A stretch of 55,449 bases of DNA. Origin: a virus. Taxonomy: Duplodnaviria; Caudoviricetes. Positions within the stretch are counted from its first letter, which is position 1. Each line of letters opens with the position of its first letter. The notes below the pieces were generated by a model. It did no database searches. It had not been told where the DNA came from and was given only the letters and a program-made list of their open reading frames with translations. A program made the translations under genes and the position numbers. The stretch is taken from positions 1 to 55,449 of IMG/VR virus record IMGVR_UViG_3300028417_000005. One strand, given 5' to 3'. Below, piece by piece: positions 41,066 through 52,073 of the stretch.

Positions 41066-41742
41066 TTATTGCCTTTTATTTTTTCTAATATATCTGAGAT
41101 TCCTACATCTTCAGTATATGGTATTTCTGGTTCTAATGAACCACCTCTGTTTTTAGCTGATATATTTGATGTTGGATCACATCTAAACACTCTGCTTCCA
41201 TCGTCTTTCACCTCTATATTTATAACTGTGTCATAAAAAGAGATGAACCTGTCTTTTGCTTTCTTACCAACTATTAGAGGAGATAGGTACTCAACAACAC
41301 CTTTAGTATCACTACTATCTAATGCTATTATTATTACATTTGTATTGCCTATGTCTCTAAATAGTCTTCCCATTTTGGCAAGTAGCTTACCATAATCAGT
41401 CCAGAACTTACCAGCATTCTTACCTTCATATTCACCACTGCTCTCAAGCTCATCTTGTATCATTGATGATATCTCAGATATACTATCAACAGCTAATGTG
41501 TCATATTTATGTATTATGCTCTTTGCAAGCTCATAGGCTTCTTTGGTTTCTGCTATAGTTGACACTCTTATAGTATCAACATTCTTAACATCATTTAATG
41601 ACATCTCACCTTTTTCAGGTGATATCATTAATACTTTACCAGCAGTTTTGAGTGTAGATGTTTTACCAGAGCCACTAGCTCCGTATATAATAATCTTAGC
41701 TCCACTTTCTTTTGCTAATTTATATGTACTCTGTACTTCCAT
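41062..41742 (-). CDS. AAA_24 / Sak4-like recombination ATPase
   Basis: IYGASGSGKTS, AVDSISE, AKNR. Confidence 0.8.
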   Translation of the reverse strand: MEVQSTYKLAKESGAKIIIYGASGSGKTSTLKTAGKVLMISPEKGEMSLNDVKNVDTIRVSTIAETKEAYELAKSIIHKYDTLAVDSISEISSMIQDELESSGEYEGKNAGKFWTDYGKLLAKMGRLFRDIGNTNVIIIALDSSDTKGVVEYLSPLIVGKKAKDRFISFYDTVINIEVKDDGSRVFRCDPTSNISAKNRGGSLEPEIPYTEDVGISDILEKIKGNK

Positions 41743-41795
41743 TTGGTGTTCCTTTTTGTGTTTATAATCATATAAAGTTTAAATCTATTCTACCA

Positions 41796-43919
41796 TTAAG
41801 CCCTCCTAAGTAATGTATTTATTTCTGTTTCTTCTAATGGTTCACTCAGCATTGAGTTTACATATATTACATTTCTTTCTATATCACTATATTCTACATT
41901 TATATCTTTCATAAACTCAATGAATTTATATATCTCTTGGTTCCTATTGCCAACTGTAACATTTGATATTATATATTTAATGAAGCCATTAACTCGTATA
42001 TCATTTGTTGCTACATTTTCATTATCAACTCTAACGCTTATCTCTTTAATGCTTTTGAATTTCTCATTTTCATTAATGAACATAGTTGCATCAATCATAA
42101 TGCCTTTACGATTAACATATACCTCAGCATCTTTATTTACATACCATATCCTACTAACATTCCTAGTAGCTTTATCATAACAAGATAAGCCTAGAAATGA
42201 TGCTATTTCATCATACATATACTTATGCTCTTCATATGTACAATAAAACATAGTTGATGTAGGCATCACAATTCTATACCTATCGCAGATAGAACCATTC
42301 TTTTCAACCTGATGTGACTTTGTTGTATATATTATATACACATACCCATCTAATAGCTTCTTAGCTATGTTTAAATCTAGACCATCATCAACATCAAACG
42401 CTATGCAGTTTTGACCACTAATAAAGTTATCTTGTCTTCTGTGACCGTTTGGTGCTTGTTTGCTTGGTTCAAAATGAGCCAAACAAAATGAATCTACATT
42501 AGGTGAAACTATTAGATCTTCAATCGTATTGGTTCCATTATCATTCTTAAAAAAAGATACTTCATATGGTGTAAAGTTAATAGCCTTCTCTTTTTTACCA
42601 GTCTCAGATGGAACAGATACCACTATCTTATCTAGCTCATTAGATGATATATCCTCTATTGATAATTTCTGCAAACTACTTCCAGCTATAGTTAATAGTT
42701 TATTGTGTCTAAGGGCATACTCTTTAAGAAGATCTATGTTTTGCTCATAGCTCCTATTGCTAAGGTTAAGCTTCTTCATAATATCAACTTTGTATATTGG
42801 TTCTGGACTATTAAGTAGTAGTTTATATATTAGCTCAAATTCCATTACATTGTTAAATATAGCTTTTACTGTATCCCTAGTCTTATTAAATAGTTCTATA
42901 GCATATTTGGTATGCTCAGCCTCTATCTTGTCTTGTAGGTCAAGTATGGCTATTATACTAGCAATCTTTTTAACCATAACATATGAGTGCTCATCTAAAG
43001 GTATTAGATCATCATATATGTTTTCATTTCTTTTATCTAATAATGAGTCTTCAAACTCAGATAACAACAACAGCGACTTAGATGTAAACTCAATTATATT
43101 GAATGCATTTTTTATACTTAAGTCATCTTTAGATATTAATGATTTACCAATTGGCATAATTGAATATGCTTCTATCAAATCATCAATGTTAATATTTTCA
43201 ACATCTTTTTTATATGACTTAGCTACATCTTCGTGGTATATGATGCTTCGTCTATACATACCAGATTGTATTATGTTTTTAAAGATATCCATTTTATCTT
43301 TAGTATCGTTAATCCCTACACTGGTTCCATACGCTAACATATTTGTTGGTATGCCATATATAGATTTCCTACTTTCTGTACCAGCATCTCCTTGTATCAA
43401 CCGAGCCATAATCTTCCCATCGTATGCTTCTTTTAACATATTCAAAGCATTCTGTTTTCCAATATGATCACCTAGCTCATCTATCTCTATGTTTAATGAA
43501 CCAATCTGTGCTTCACTTATAAACAGAGATGCTATATATATTCCTATGTCAGATGACTGTATACCAACAAAGTAATCCTTTGGTGCTTTCTTTTCATATT
43601 CAACAGGTATATTAAACCCTTCTGTTGATATCTTTTTAATTACATTTGGCATAGATGATATTATTTTGTCAAATGGTTTTTGCATAACATCTCTAACAAA
43701 GTTCTTACCACCAGCTGATGGAATAAGAACCAATGAGTAGAAATTTACATTCTCTAATTCATCTTTATCTATGTTGTATGTTTTATAGTTACAGGCATTT
43801 GCTAGTATCGCACCAAAGTATAGAGCTGTTATTTCAACTCTCTCTCTAGCTATATGCCTATTATGCTTACCAACACCATAGTCTATAAGCTTATTGTAGT
43901 TATCCATTATTGCCATCAA
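41796..43919 (-). CDS. Primase (N-terminal P-loop-like domain, C-terminal AEP-like primase and PriCT-like tail)
   Basis: PSAGGKN, IDELG; AFDVDDG, YTTKSH, RYRIVMP; GNRN...EPL...E. Confidence 0.75.
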   Translation of the reverse strand: MMAIMDNYNKLIDYGVGKHNRHIARERVEITALYFGAILANACNYKTYNIDKDELENVNFYSLVLIPSAGGKNFVRDVMQKPFDKIISSMPNVIKKISTEGFNIPVEYEKKAPKDYFVGIQSSDIGIYIASLFISEAQIGSLNIEIDELGDHIGKQNALNMLKEAYDGKIMARLIQGDAGTESRKSIYGIPTNMLAYGTSVGINDTKDKMDIFKNIIQSGMYRRSIIYHEDVAKSYKKDVENINIDDLIEAYSIMPIGKSLISKDDLSIKNAFNIIEFTSKSLLLLSEFEDSLLDKRNENIYDDLIPLDEHSYVMVKKIASIIAILDLQDKIEAEHTKYAIELFNKTRDTVKAIFNNVMEFELIYKLLLNSPEPIYKVDIMKKLNLSNRSYEQNIDLLKEYALRHNKLLTIAGSSLQKLSIEDISSNELDKIVVSVPSETGKKEKAINFTPYEVSFFKNDNGTNTIEDLIVSPNVDSFCLAHFEPSKQAPNGHRRQDNFISGQNCIAFDVDDGLDLNIAKKLLDGYVYIIYTTKSHQVEKNGSICDRYRIVMPTSTMFYCTYEEHKYMYDEIASFLGLSCYDKATRNVSRIWYVNKDAEVYVNRKGIMIDATMFINENEKFKSIKEISVRVDNENVATNDIRVNGFIKYIISNVTVGNRNQEIYKFIEFMKDINVEYSDIERNVIYVNSMLSEPLEETEINTLLRRA

Positions 43920-44686
43920 AAGTCCTTTATAGATTGGACCATTGATTTCTTATTGTAATATCTACATAAGTAGTTAACGCTACAATATGTTTCACACTTT
44001 GTAGGAACACTTGTTCTATTTATCTTTCTGAACCACTTCTGTTCACATTCTGGTGGTTCCTTATCTTGTTCAAGATATAGATCCAGCAGAGATAACTTAT
44101 CTACAAGCTTGTCATATATAAATTCATTATCTAAAACATCTAGAGCTATTCTCTCTTGTACTGGTTCATCTAGTGCAGAGTTCGCATCTTTATAAAACAT
44201 ATTCAATGCTAAATCAAATGAATAACCTTTATACTCTTCTATATTGGATAAGATAAACTTTTGAACCTGTAGTTGCCAAAAGTAACCACTAGCTTCATAA
44301 TCTTTTTTAACCATAATACCAGAGAATTTTTTAGTTAATTTGTGGTCAGATAAATAGATAATCTTTTTGTCATTATCTATCCCAAAATAATCTATTGTTG
44401 CTGTTACATCCCAGTCGTTATACACATTGATTAATCTTACCTTCTTCTCAACTTCAACATTTTCAATGCCACTAAAGATTACCTCTAATCCTCTATGAAA
44501 GACAGAACCAAGAGTTGACTGATCTGTTTTACTTGATCTATTTGATACAATATCTTTCTTGTGTTTGATAATTAAGAAATTCTGTATATCATCATTACCA
44601 AACATACTAGCTGTGAAGATCTTATCTTTTGTTAGATCATACTTATATAAAGAACTATCTAATATGTGCTCTTCTATATTTATCAT
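43916..44686 (-). CDS. PD-(D/E)XK Cas4-like exonuclease
   Basis: GSVFH...E..ATID..DHK..WQL and a C-terminal Cys cluster. Confidence 0.75.
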   Translation of the reverse strand: MINIEEHILDSSLYKYDLTKDKIFTASMFGNDDIQNFLIIKHKKDIVSNRSSKTDQSTLGSVFHRGLEVIFSGIENVEVEKKVRLINVYNDWDVTATIDYFGIDNDKKIIYLSDHKLTKKFSGIMVKKDYEASGYFWQLQVQKFILSNIEEYKGYSFDLALNMFYKDANSALDEPVQERIALDVLDNEFIYDKLVDKLSLLDLYLEQDKEPPECEQKWFRKINRTSVPTKCETYCSVNYLCRYYNKKSMVQSIKDF

Positions 44687-44701
44687 TCTTATCCTTTTAA
44701 T

Positions 44702-46360
44702 TTAAAATGGTATATCATCATAATCAATATCTATGTCTATCGTCTCTTGTTTATATTCTATCTTATCAGATATTATATAAGGCGACATAGATCTAAGCCA
44801 AGAATCTTCTTGAGCTACATAATACAATGAATATAACTTTTTATTGTTAATAACACACTTCTTGGCAAGTGTCTTAAATGTTTTTATTATCCTACTCTCG
44901 TAGATAGGAAAATCATTTATGAATTCAATCCAAGCATCTACTATTTTAGTAATTTGACTCTTATTATATCTCACTTGGTTCTGTCTTTTGTTTATTTCAA
45001 ATACAACCTCCATAACAATATATAAATCTTTTGATGTTTCAAAATGATACTTCAGATCGTCCACAGATAGCTCTGGTATCATTTTGATGTTCTTCTCAAC
45101 CTCAGCTATTGCCTTAGAGACTTTGTCTCTTGTGATCTCGTGTAGACCACTTTCACTAGTTATCTTCTTAACTATACTAAGAGCTACTCTCTCCTTCTCT
45201 TTGGATAGCTTCTCCTTGTAGTCTTTTGAATATCTCTTAACTGGCATATATGGTTCATTATGATAACCGTGTGTCTCAAGAATCTTTGATACATCTAGTA
45301 CTTCAAAGTACTTTTTGCCTTTATGTGGTCTAGCACCACGACCTATAATCTGCATTATTAAAGACCTTACAGGTGATGGTCTTATTGGAACCACAAGCTC
45401 TATGTCTGACACATCAAAGCCTATTGATAGTTTATTCATACTAACTAAGCAATTACAAGATATTTCATCATCTGACAACAGAGATGTTTTAATACTGCTT
45501 CCATCTTTAAATAGCTTAAGCATCTCTTTACTTTTTTTACTATCTGATTTAGAGTGGTAGCTATATGCTTTATATCCATCCATAACTAATGCCTCAGCCA
45601 TCGCATCGCAATGCTCAATACTACTGCAGAACACAATTGTTTTTTTGCATTTGGCATTTAGTTCATTCATAGATGATATAGTTAGTGATATAATATTGTC
45701 TGTATTATATATTGATGATATGTCAACAGATGAATAGTCATTGTTATTTAATACTTTTAATTGTGTCAAATCTATATCATTAACAAAACTAGGAACATAA
45801 TATCTAGCCTTAACTAAAGCTCCTATCTCTTCTAAATATTTAATCTCTGAAGCTATAATGTAATCATCTACATCTGGGAATAGATATCCTTCTGAATCAT
45901 ATGGCGTAGCTGTAAACCTAATAATTGGCTTAGAACCAACAACACTCATTATAGAAGATATGGTACTGGTGTTGTAAAACTTATGACCTTCATCAATTAT
46001 AATGTAATCAACATCTCTCAATATACCTACAATATCTTTCTTATCTAGTCTTGCAAATATAGTTTGTATCATACCTATGGTGGTTCTTGCATCTATGTTA
46101 AATAGATCATCCATACCAGATTTAACTACAGATACATCAACTCCTAATGATATTGCTCTATCATATAGCTGTTCTATTAGATCAGATATACCAACCATAA
46201 CAATATGCTTTGATGTTTGTAATGTATTAACTAGTTTCATTATCATAAATGATTTACCACTAGATGTTGGTGATGATATCATTATGTTTTTATTGCCACT
46301 ATCTAATGAATAGTCTATTGATGATACTGTTGTATCTTGAAATGAATATATATTATCCAT
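44702..46360 (-). CDS. Superfamily 2 (DExH) helicase
   Basis: SPTSSGKS, IIDEGH, TATP, GFD, QIIGRGAR; C-terminal DDIPF. Likely start at 46360 (MDNIY), overlapping the stop of the last mini-ORF. Confidence 0.88.
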   Translation of the reverse strand: MDNIYSFQDTTVSSIDYSLDSGNKNIMISSPTSSGKSFMIMKLVNTLQTSKHIVMVGISDLIEQLYDRAISLGVDVSVVKSGMDDLFNIDARTTIGMIQTIFARLDKKDIVGILRDVDYIIIDEGHKFYNTSTISSIMSVVGSKPIIRFTATPYDSEGYLFPDVDDYIIASEIKYLEEIGALVKARYYVPSFVNDIDLTQLKVLNNNDYSSVDISSIYNTDNIISLTISSMNELNAKCKKTIVFCSSIEHCDAMAEALVMDGYKAYSYHSKSDSKKSKEMLKLFKDGSSIKTSLLSDDEISCNCLVSMNKLSIGFDVSDIELVVPIRPSPVRSLIMQIIGRGARPHKGKKYFEVLDVSKILETHGYHNEPYMPVKRYSKDYKEKLSKEKERVALSIVKKITSESGLHEITRDKVSKAIAEVEKNIKMIPELSVDDLKYHFETSKDLYIVMEVVFEINKRQNQVRYNKSQITKIVDAWIEFINDFPIYESRIIKTFKTLAKKCVINNKKLYSLYYVAQEDSWLRSMSPYIISDKIEYKQETIDIDIDYDDIPF

Positions 46361-49338
46361 TATTTTTTCCCCAAAAAGATTTTTCTGATAAGCCTTCAAG
46401 CATTGCAAATACAGTACTAGTAGTTGATTTGTGCTCATATATATGATTTATAAATACATCTTGCGAGCTAACAAGACAAATCTTACCTACATATTTAAAC
46501 ATCATATTCCTTCCAATATTTTATTTTATATAGATTACCACCAACAAGAGATAATCTAGATATACTGCCTAGCATAAAATAATCATATGATAATTTATTA
46601 GCAAATAAATGTTTTAATTCTTTTCTTTTATCAGGTATAAATTTTTCAATACTTTTAAACATTATATTGGTTCCAAAAAGTTTTTTTTGATAAACACCCA
46701 TTTACTGGGCTAGTGTAAATAAATAGCTTGTAATCATATATATGATCTATTAGTGTACTATGCTTCCTAGAAACACAAATATAACTTACCATTTTAAACA
46801 TTATATTTGCTCCAAAAAGTTCTTAATGATAAGCCTTCAGTCATTATGAATCTAGCATTAACAGTTTGTTGATGATCATATATATGATTGATTAGTCCGC
46901 TATGTTCTCTAAAAATACATATACAACCTAATAGTCTAAACATTATATTTGTTCCAAAAAGATTTTAATGACGAGTTTCCACTTATTGTAAATCTAATAT
47001 TATTATGGAATACATGACTATACATATGATTTATAAATGTACTTCGTGTTTCAAGAAGATAAAGATTACCCATATATTTTAGCATTATATTCTCCCCAAA
47101 AAGTTTTTTCATATAAGTTATCATCAAGAATAATTATTCTAGATATAGTATGTAACTTAGAATATTTATGTGATAAATTATTATTAAATAAATGTTTTAA
47201 TTCTTTTCTTTTATCAGGTATAAGTTTTTCAATATTTTTAAGCATTATCTTGACTCCAGAAAATTTTTTCATATAAATTACTATCTATTAAACCTAATCT
47301 ACTAATTGATGTATTGTATTTTGATCGAGTAGGAAGATAAGACATATAGTTATGTCGTATTAGATTATTTCTAGGTGAATATGTTTCTATTTCTTTAATC
47401 ATAATATTAACTTTAAAAAGGATTTTCTGTATATGTAAACCCATCACTAAACCATTGGTTCCAAAATGTCTTTACATTTGTATTATTTAAAATCGTCAAC
47501 TTGTCAGTAGAGAAGATCTTAGGCATATTATTTTCAATTGCATATTTATGTGGTATCATAGATAAATTTTTATCTGAATTATATTTAGATACATTAAACA
47601 TATCTCTTCCAAAAAGATTGATATAATAAATATTCATTCAAATTTAATCTTCCAGTTGATTTATCATTATTTGTCATAGTACCAAGACCCAACATATAAA
47701 TATGTTGGGTTAAGCCGTCATTATCTGTCCTCCAAAAATATGTTTTTATATATTTAATCATAACATCTCCAAAAAATTTTTCTATATAATATATTATATC
47801 TAGAGTCATATTTATTGATACTTTTCATTTGATTTGAATTAACTTTTTTAAACATTATATTTATTCCATTTATCCATGCTTTGTTGTATTGATTTGCTAT
47901 TGCTCCAAAAACTATAATATGATAATTTATTTAACATATTAAATCTAAATACAACATAGCCATCAGAATTAAATCCTTTATATTTATGCTTTATAAACAA
48001 AGTAGAACCATTATGTGATATCTTATCTATATTTTTAATCATTACATTTACCTCATATATTGGTTCCAGAAAGCTTTTTTATTTGTATCATTTATAATTG
48101 TTAGTTTATTACCACTATGTTTATGAGATATCATATAAAAGCTTGTTGCTGCCGTATATTTAAATACATTAAACATATTCATTCCAAAACATTGCTCTAT
48201 AAAAATTGTCTTCAACATTAATTTTAAGATTTATAGAAACATATTCCCTAGATGCTTTAAATATACTTTTAAACATTATATTTATTCCTATATATTTTAG
48301 CATTATCTGCCCCAGAAAGTTTTTATATATGAACATTTATTCGATAAGGCTAACCTATTATATGATTTATCACAATTTATAATAGTTGTATAAATCATAT
48401 AAGTATGTTGTATTAAATTACTATTTCTTGTATCTTGAATTGAGTATCTATTTATATTTTTAATCATATTCACTCCAAAAAGATCTTTTATGTAATTTAT
48501 TATACATATATTCACATCTGTAAAAAACTAAAAAAATATTTTCTCCATAAATAGTTTTCATTCGATATCGAAAAGTATCTGAGCTAACTTTTTTAAACAT
48601 CTCTATTCCAAAAAATTTTTCTGTGTAGTATATGTAATGATCTATCTTTAATATTACACTTCATTTTCTTTAATGATTTTTTATATCTATAATAAGAGAA
48701 CCCAACTCGCTTCTTAATCGCTTTATGCATAACTCCTCCAATATATTTTTAAATATATCTATATTGGTTCCAAAATAATTTTTTAGGTCCATAGGCATTA
48801 AAAAACCTATAGTCATATGTTACATTTGCATATTTAAATCCATTATTATAATAATCATACAACTTGTTATAACCTTTATAAACGATAAACATATTTATTC
48901 CAATATAATTTATCTATTAAAATAATCCTATTAAAGTTATTTGTAAAATCCAATCTAGAGCCATTATAGGTATATGAATATTTAAATGTTAATTTATTAG
49001 ATATTTTATTATTAATAAGTCTTTTATACATAACTATTCCAGCGATTCCAACTAAGATGATATCTATTAGATAAATAATATGAAATATTTAATCTACTAT
49101 CATTATAAGTATATGAATATTTAAATGTTAATTTATTAGATATTTTATTATTAATAAGTCTTTTGAACATATTTACTCCAACGATCCCAACGAAGATGAC
49201 CTCTATTGAATAAATGATATGAAATATTTAATCTATAAACACCATATTTATAATTATTAATTTTTTTATACATATCTATCCAAATCTATTATTTCTACGA
49301 TAAAGGCTAGAAGAGTATAATTTTATATTTTTAAGCAT
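46353..49338 (-). repeat. Array 1: about 21 tandem paralogous mini-ORFs (20-64 aa)
   Basis: Hand-translated units (start-end on -): 49338-49276, 49273-49151, 49170-49024, 49031-48876, 48892-48749, 48730-48593, 48600-48460, 48467-48303, 48303-48169, 48176-48048, 48042-47848, 47855-47754, 47761-47594, 47601-47413, 47402-47238, 47245-47066, 47085-46936, 46943-46794, 46801-46655, 46662-46495, 46502-46353. Example: MFRLLGCICIFREHSGLINHIYDHQQTVNARFIMTEGLSLRTFWSKYNV*. Confidence 0.85.
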
Positions 49339-49343
49339 AGCAT

Positions 49344-50291
49344 TTATTTAATGCTAGCTAATAATAATTTATGATATATGTTAACATACCCTCTAGCTAT
49401 CGATAGAGACATTTTACTATCCCAGATAGTAGAGTTCATAGGACTATTTAAATTGCCGTATGATAGCTCTGAGATACCTATAATAGAGTTTTTAATATGA
49501 GAACCAGTACAAACACTACTTCCACTACTAGATACATTTGGATGCATTACATTTGATAGCAACGGCAACACATTGCCATCTTTTTTTGAGAACCACCCGT
49601 ATGTAGGTATGATTATACTACTATCTATCATACTTAGTTCAATTGACCAATTGTTTATTGTAGTTAGGCTACTACCATCTTGCATCTTGCAATTAAACAA
49701 CATCTCTTCAGCAATAGTAATTAGTTTGACATTATCGTCAACTTTGATATGGTATTCATCAATGTGATCTACAATTTCTCTCATCTCTTCTGGAGCCATT
49801 AGATACAACTCTGGGTCCTTGCTTTCATCAACTGATAATGATATATTTTTGACTTCCAAGGTCATAATAGCTTCTTCAGCTGTCTTTGTATGTTTCTTTA
49901 TTGGCTTAGTTGTGCTCAGATAAACAGCAACCTTTATGTTTGTTAGAGTTTTGAATTTGTTCAGTTTAGAAATGACATCATAAGATAATAAATTGTGAGG
50001 CTTATTATCATTGTCTATGAATATTAATCCATAGAATAGATCATTTTCCATACTTAATCTTAGTAGCTCTATCATACCATCGAAGTTTTTAGCCTTAAAC
50101 ATAGATATGTTAAAGTTAGGCATTTCACCTTTTGCATTTAATGACATATCTTTATTATCTATTGTTGTTTCATATATTCCGTAATCATACGAAATATTAT
50201 TTGACTTCACTATACCCTTGTTTTCAACGACATAGTTTTTAAATTCAGATATTTCGTCTGACAACATTTTATTTAACACTAGACTCATCAT
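49344..50291 (-). CDS. Prokaryotic E2 (UBC-like) protein
   Basis: MHPNVSSSGSSVCTG followed by LSYGNLNSP matches the E2 HPN...C active-site pattern; AAAGGAG RBS. Confidence 0.65.
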   Translation of the reverse strand: MMSLVLNKMLSDEISEFKNYVVENKGIVKSNNISYDYGIYETTIDNKDMSLNAKGEMPNFNISMFKAKNFDGMIELLRLSMENDLFYGLIFIDNDNKPHNLLSYDVISKLNKFKTLTNIKVAVYLSTTKPIKKHTKTAEEAIMTLEVKNISLSVDESKDPELYLMAPEEMREIVDHIDEYHIKVDDNVKLITIAEEMLFNCKMQDGSSLTTINNWSIELSMIDSSIIIPTYGWFSKKDGNVLPLLSNVMHPNVSSSGSSVCTGSHIKNSIIGISELSYGNLNSPMNSTIWDSKMSLSIARGYVNIYHKLLLASIK

Positions 50292-50328
50292 GTCTCCTTT
50301 TAATTTTGGTCTAGCATAGGGACGAACC

Positions 50329-50880
50329 CTATACTAGCTTTTCTTTGTTGGCATAAGCAACACTTAGTAGCTTGTAGTCTGTAGCTACAAGTTTAACCTT
50401 CTCTATCTCTAGATTAAAGATGTCATTCCCTACATTTATGTCTTTTAAAGCGTGTAGTTTCTTGCTGATAGCTTTTACACTATTGCTTACAATCTCTAAC
50501 TTATCTTCTACAGTTAGGAAGTCTGTATCAACTGTTGTATCCATTTCTGGTTCTATAGTTGAATACATCTCTCTGATGCTTCTAATAGCATCTACTGCCT
50601 CTTGTAGCTTGTCTCCATCAGATACTGTTTGATCTGTTAAAATCTCAGTTAAACTTCTGTTAGAAGCTTTTTCTTGATCTTCTGCTCCAGAACCGCCACC
50701 TGATGATTTAATCTCTTCTTTACTTGAGATCACTACATTCACAGTTTGTGTGAATAAGTCGTTTGTTGATTTTACTTCAACACCGTTCTTAGTAGGCGTA
50801 ACCTCAACCTCTGGTATAATACTATCTAATGTAGCATTGTCGATTCTGTTCTGAGCCTCAATGGCTTGTGCAATGTTCAT
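50329..50880 (-). CDS. Putative ubiquitin-like precursor (N-terminal Ubl-like region ending in Gly-Gly, plus helical C-terminal domain)
   Basis: ...KNGVEV...VNVVISS...KSSGGGSG resembles the ThiS/MoaD C-terminal half; lies between E1 and E2. Confidence 0.45.
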   Translation of the reverse strand: MNIAQAIEAQNRIDNATLDSIIPEVEVTPTKNGVEVKSTNDLFTQTVNVVISSKEEIKSSGGGSGAEDQEKASNRSLTEILTDQTVSDGDKLQEAVDAIRSIREMYSTIEPEMDTTVDTDFLTVEDKLEIVSNSVKAISKKLHALKDINVGNDIFNLEIEKVKLVATDYKLLSVAYANKEKLV

Positions 50881-50981
50881 ACTATCCCTTTTAAAAAAAA
50901 TGTAAGCACTATGGCTTCATAAATAAAACTATTAAAGTTCTCTTTATGAAAGCATAGTGCAATTGAAATACTAGGAAAGAC

Positions 50982-52073
50982 CTAATATTTCTTTAGCCAC
51001 TTGGCGACATCTGCCTTTTTGATCTTAAGAAGTTCTCTATTTTGCATTCTCTCGAATCCAATTATTGGATCTTCAATCCCCTCTATATTTACCTCTCCTT
51101 CATACTTTACTATATCAGCTACCTTTCGTCTGCCATCCTCAGATAGCAATGTTCTATATAGATTGCAGTATGTAAATATCCTTATCTCATCATAATCTGA
51201 TGATCTCATACTAGAACCCTTGCGTTCTTCCCAATGCTCCCATTCGGTCTTTAGCTTGTACATAGCATCAGAATAAGCACTATCTGTGCTGTCTAGCACT
51301 AAGTTAAACACTTTATGGAAGTCTCTTTTCCATTTATCTATCTCATTATACACTTTCCTAGCTTCGCTTTCACTATTAGGATCTAGGAAATCCATTAGCC
51401 ATTGACTAGCCATATGCGTAGCTGGAAGCATAAAGTTTAGATCTATCTTGCCATATGATTCATTGACTATTGATGTTTCTGCGACAGGTTTCTCACATAG
51501 CTTAATGATGAGCTCATCATCTTTGTGAGTTATCGTTATAAAAGGTATTGCACCACTATGCAAAACCTTTCTTGTTCTTATATCCATAGCTCCTATTGGC
51601 AGAGCCATAGTCTGCTTGTTGTGACATCCTTCTAAGAACAATGGTTCAATAAAGTCTGTTTCTAGCTTATGGTTGGTTCCCCATTGTCTAAGGGAATCTT
51701 GCTTTAGTGTTGATTTGAGATCACCAACCGATATTGGAATTCTTGGCATATTGCTAAGCTCCCACTTATCGTGTTCGAAGAAGTTGATATTATCTTTATC
51801 TTCTCCAAATGTATAATTTCTTAACATATAGAGCAAATTAGAACCAACACCACCAACACCAACTATCTCTGGAATTGTTGATGTATCTCCATTTTCTGTT
51901 TTATTGCTAATATGCAATTGTTTCATTTTTGGCTCTAAGAACTTAGCATATTTTTTATTGTATGCTGGATTTAAAATAGTATCAGAAGATCTATTTATAA
52001 CCATATCTAAACATTCGTTCGGATTTGTATATTTTTCTTCTAGCTTTATTTTTAGAAAATCTTTTATATCCAT
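50982..52073 (-). CDS. ThiF/MoeB/E1-like adenylating enzyme
   Basis: IVGVGGVGSNL, FEHDKWELSNMPR, LKQD and MDIRTRK match the E1 nucleotide-binding motifs. Confidence 0.75.
   Translation of the reverse strand: MDIKDFLKIKLEEKYTNPNECLDMVINRSSDTILNPAYNKKYAKFLEPKMKQLHISNKTENGDTSTIPEIVGVGGVGSNLLYMLRNYTFGEDKDNINFFEHDKWELSNMPRIPISVGDLKSTLKQDSLRQWGTNHKLETDFIEPLFLEGCHNKQTMALPIGAMDIRTRKVLHSGAIPFITITHKDDELIIKLCEKPVAETSIVNESYGKIDLNFMLPATHMASQWLMDFLDPNSESEARKVYNEIDKWKRDFHKVFNLVLDSTDSAYSDAMYKLKTEWEHWEERKGSSMRSSDYDEIRIFTYCNLYRTLLSEDGRRKVADIVKYEGEVNIEGIEDPIIGFERMQNRELLKIKKADVAKWLKKY

Noticed and set aside
43916-44686. Cas4 as evidence of a CRISPR-Cas system
   Set aside because: It is a solo Cas4-like nuclease in a phage replication module between helicase and primase.
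46361-46438. N-terminal extension of the helicase, and extended starts of several mini-ORFs in the ORF track
   Set aside because: The extensions are out-of-frame readings of the preceding mini-ORF. The likely starts are the ATGs in the junction motif.
50982-52073. Thiamine or molybdopterin biosynthesis auxiliary gene
   Set aside because: No ThiG, MoaE or sulfurtransferase partners are present, and adjacent E2-like and JAB genes favour protein conjugation.
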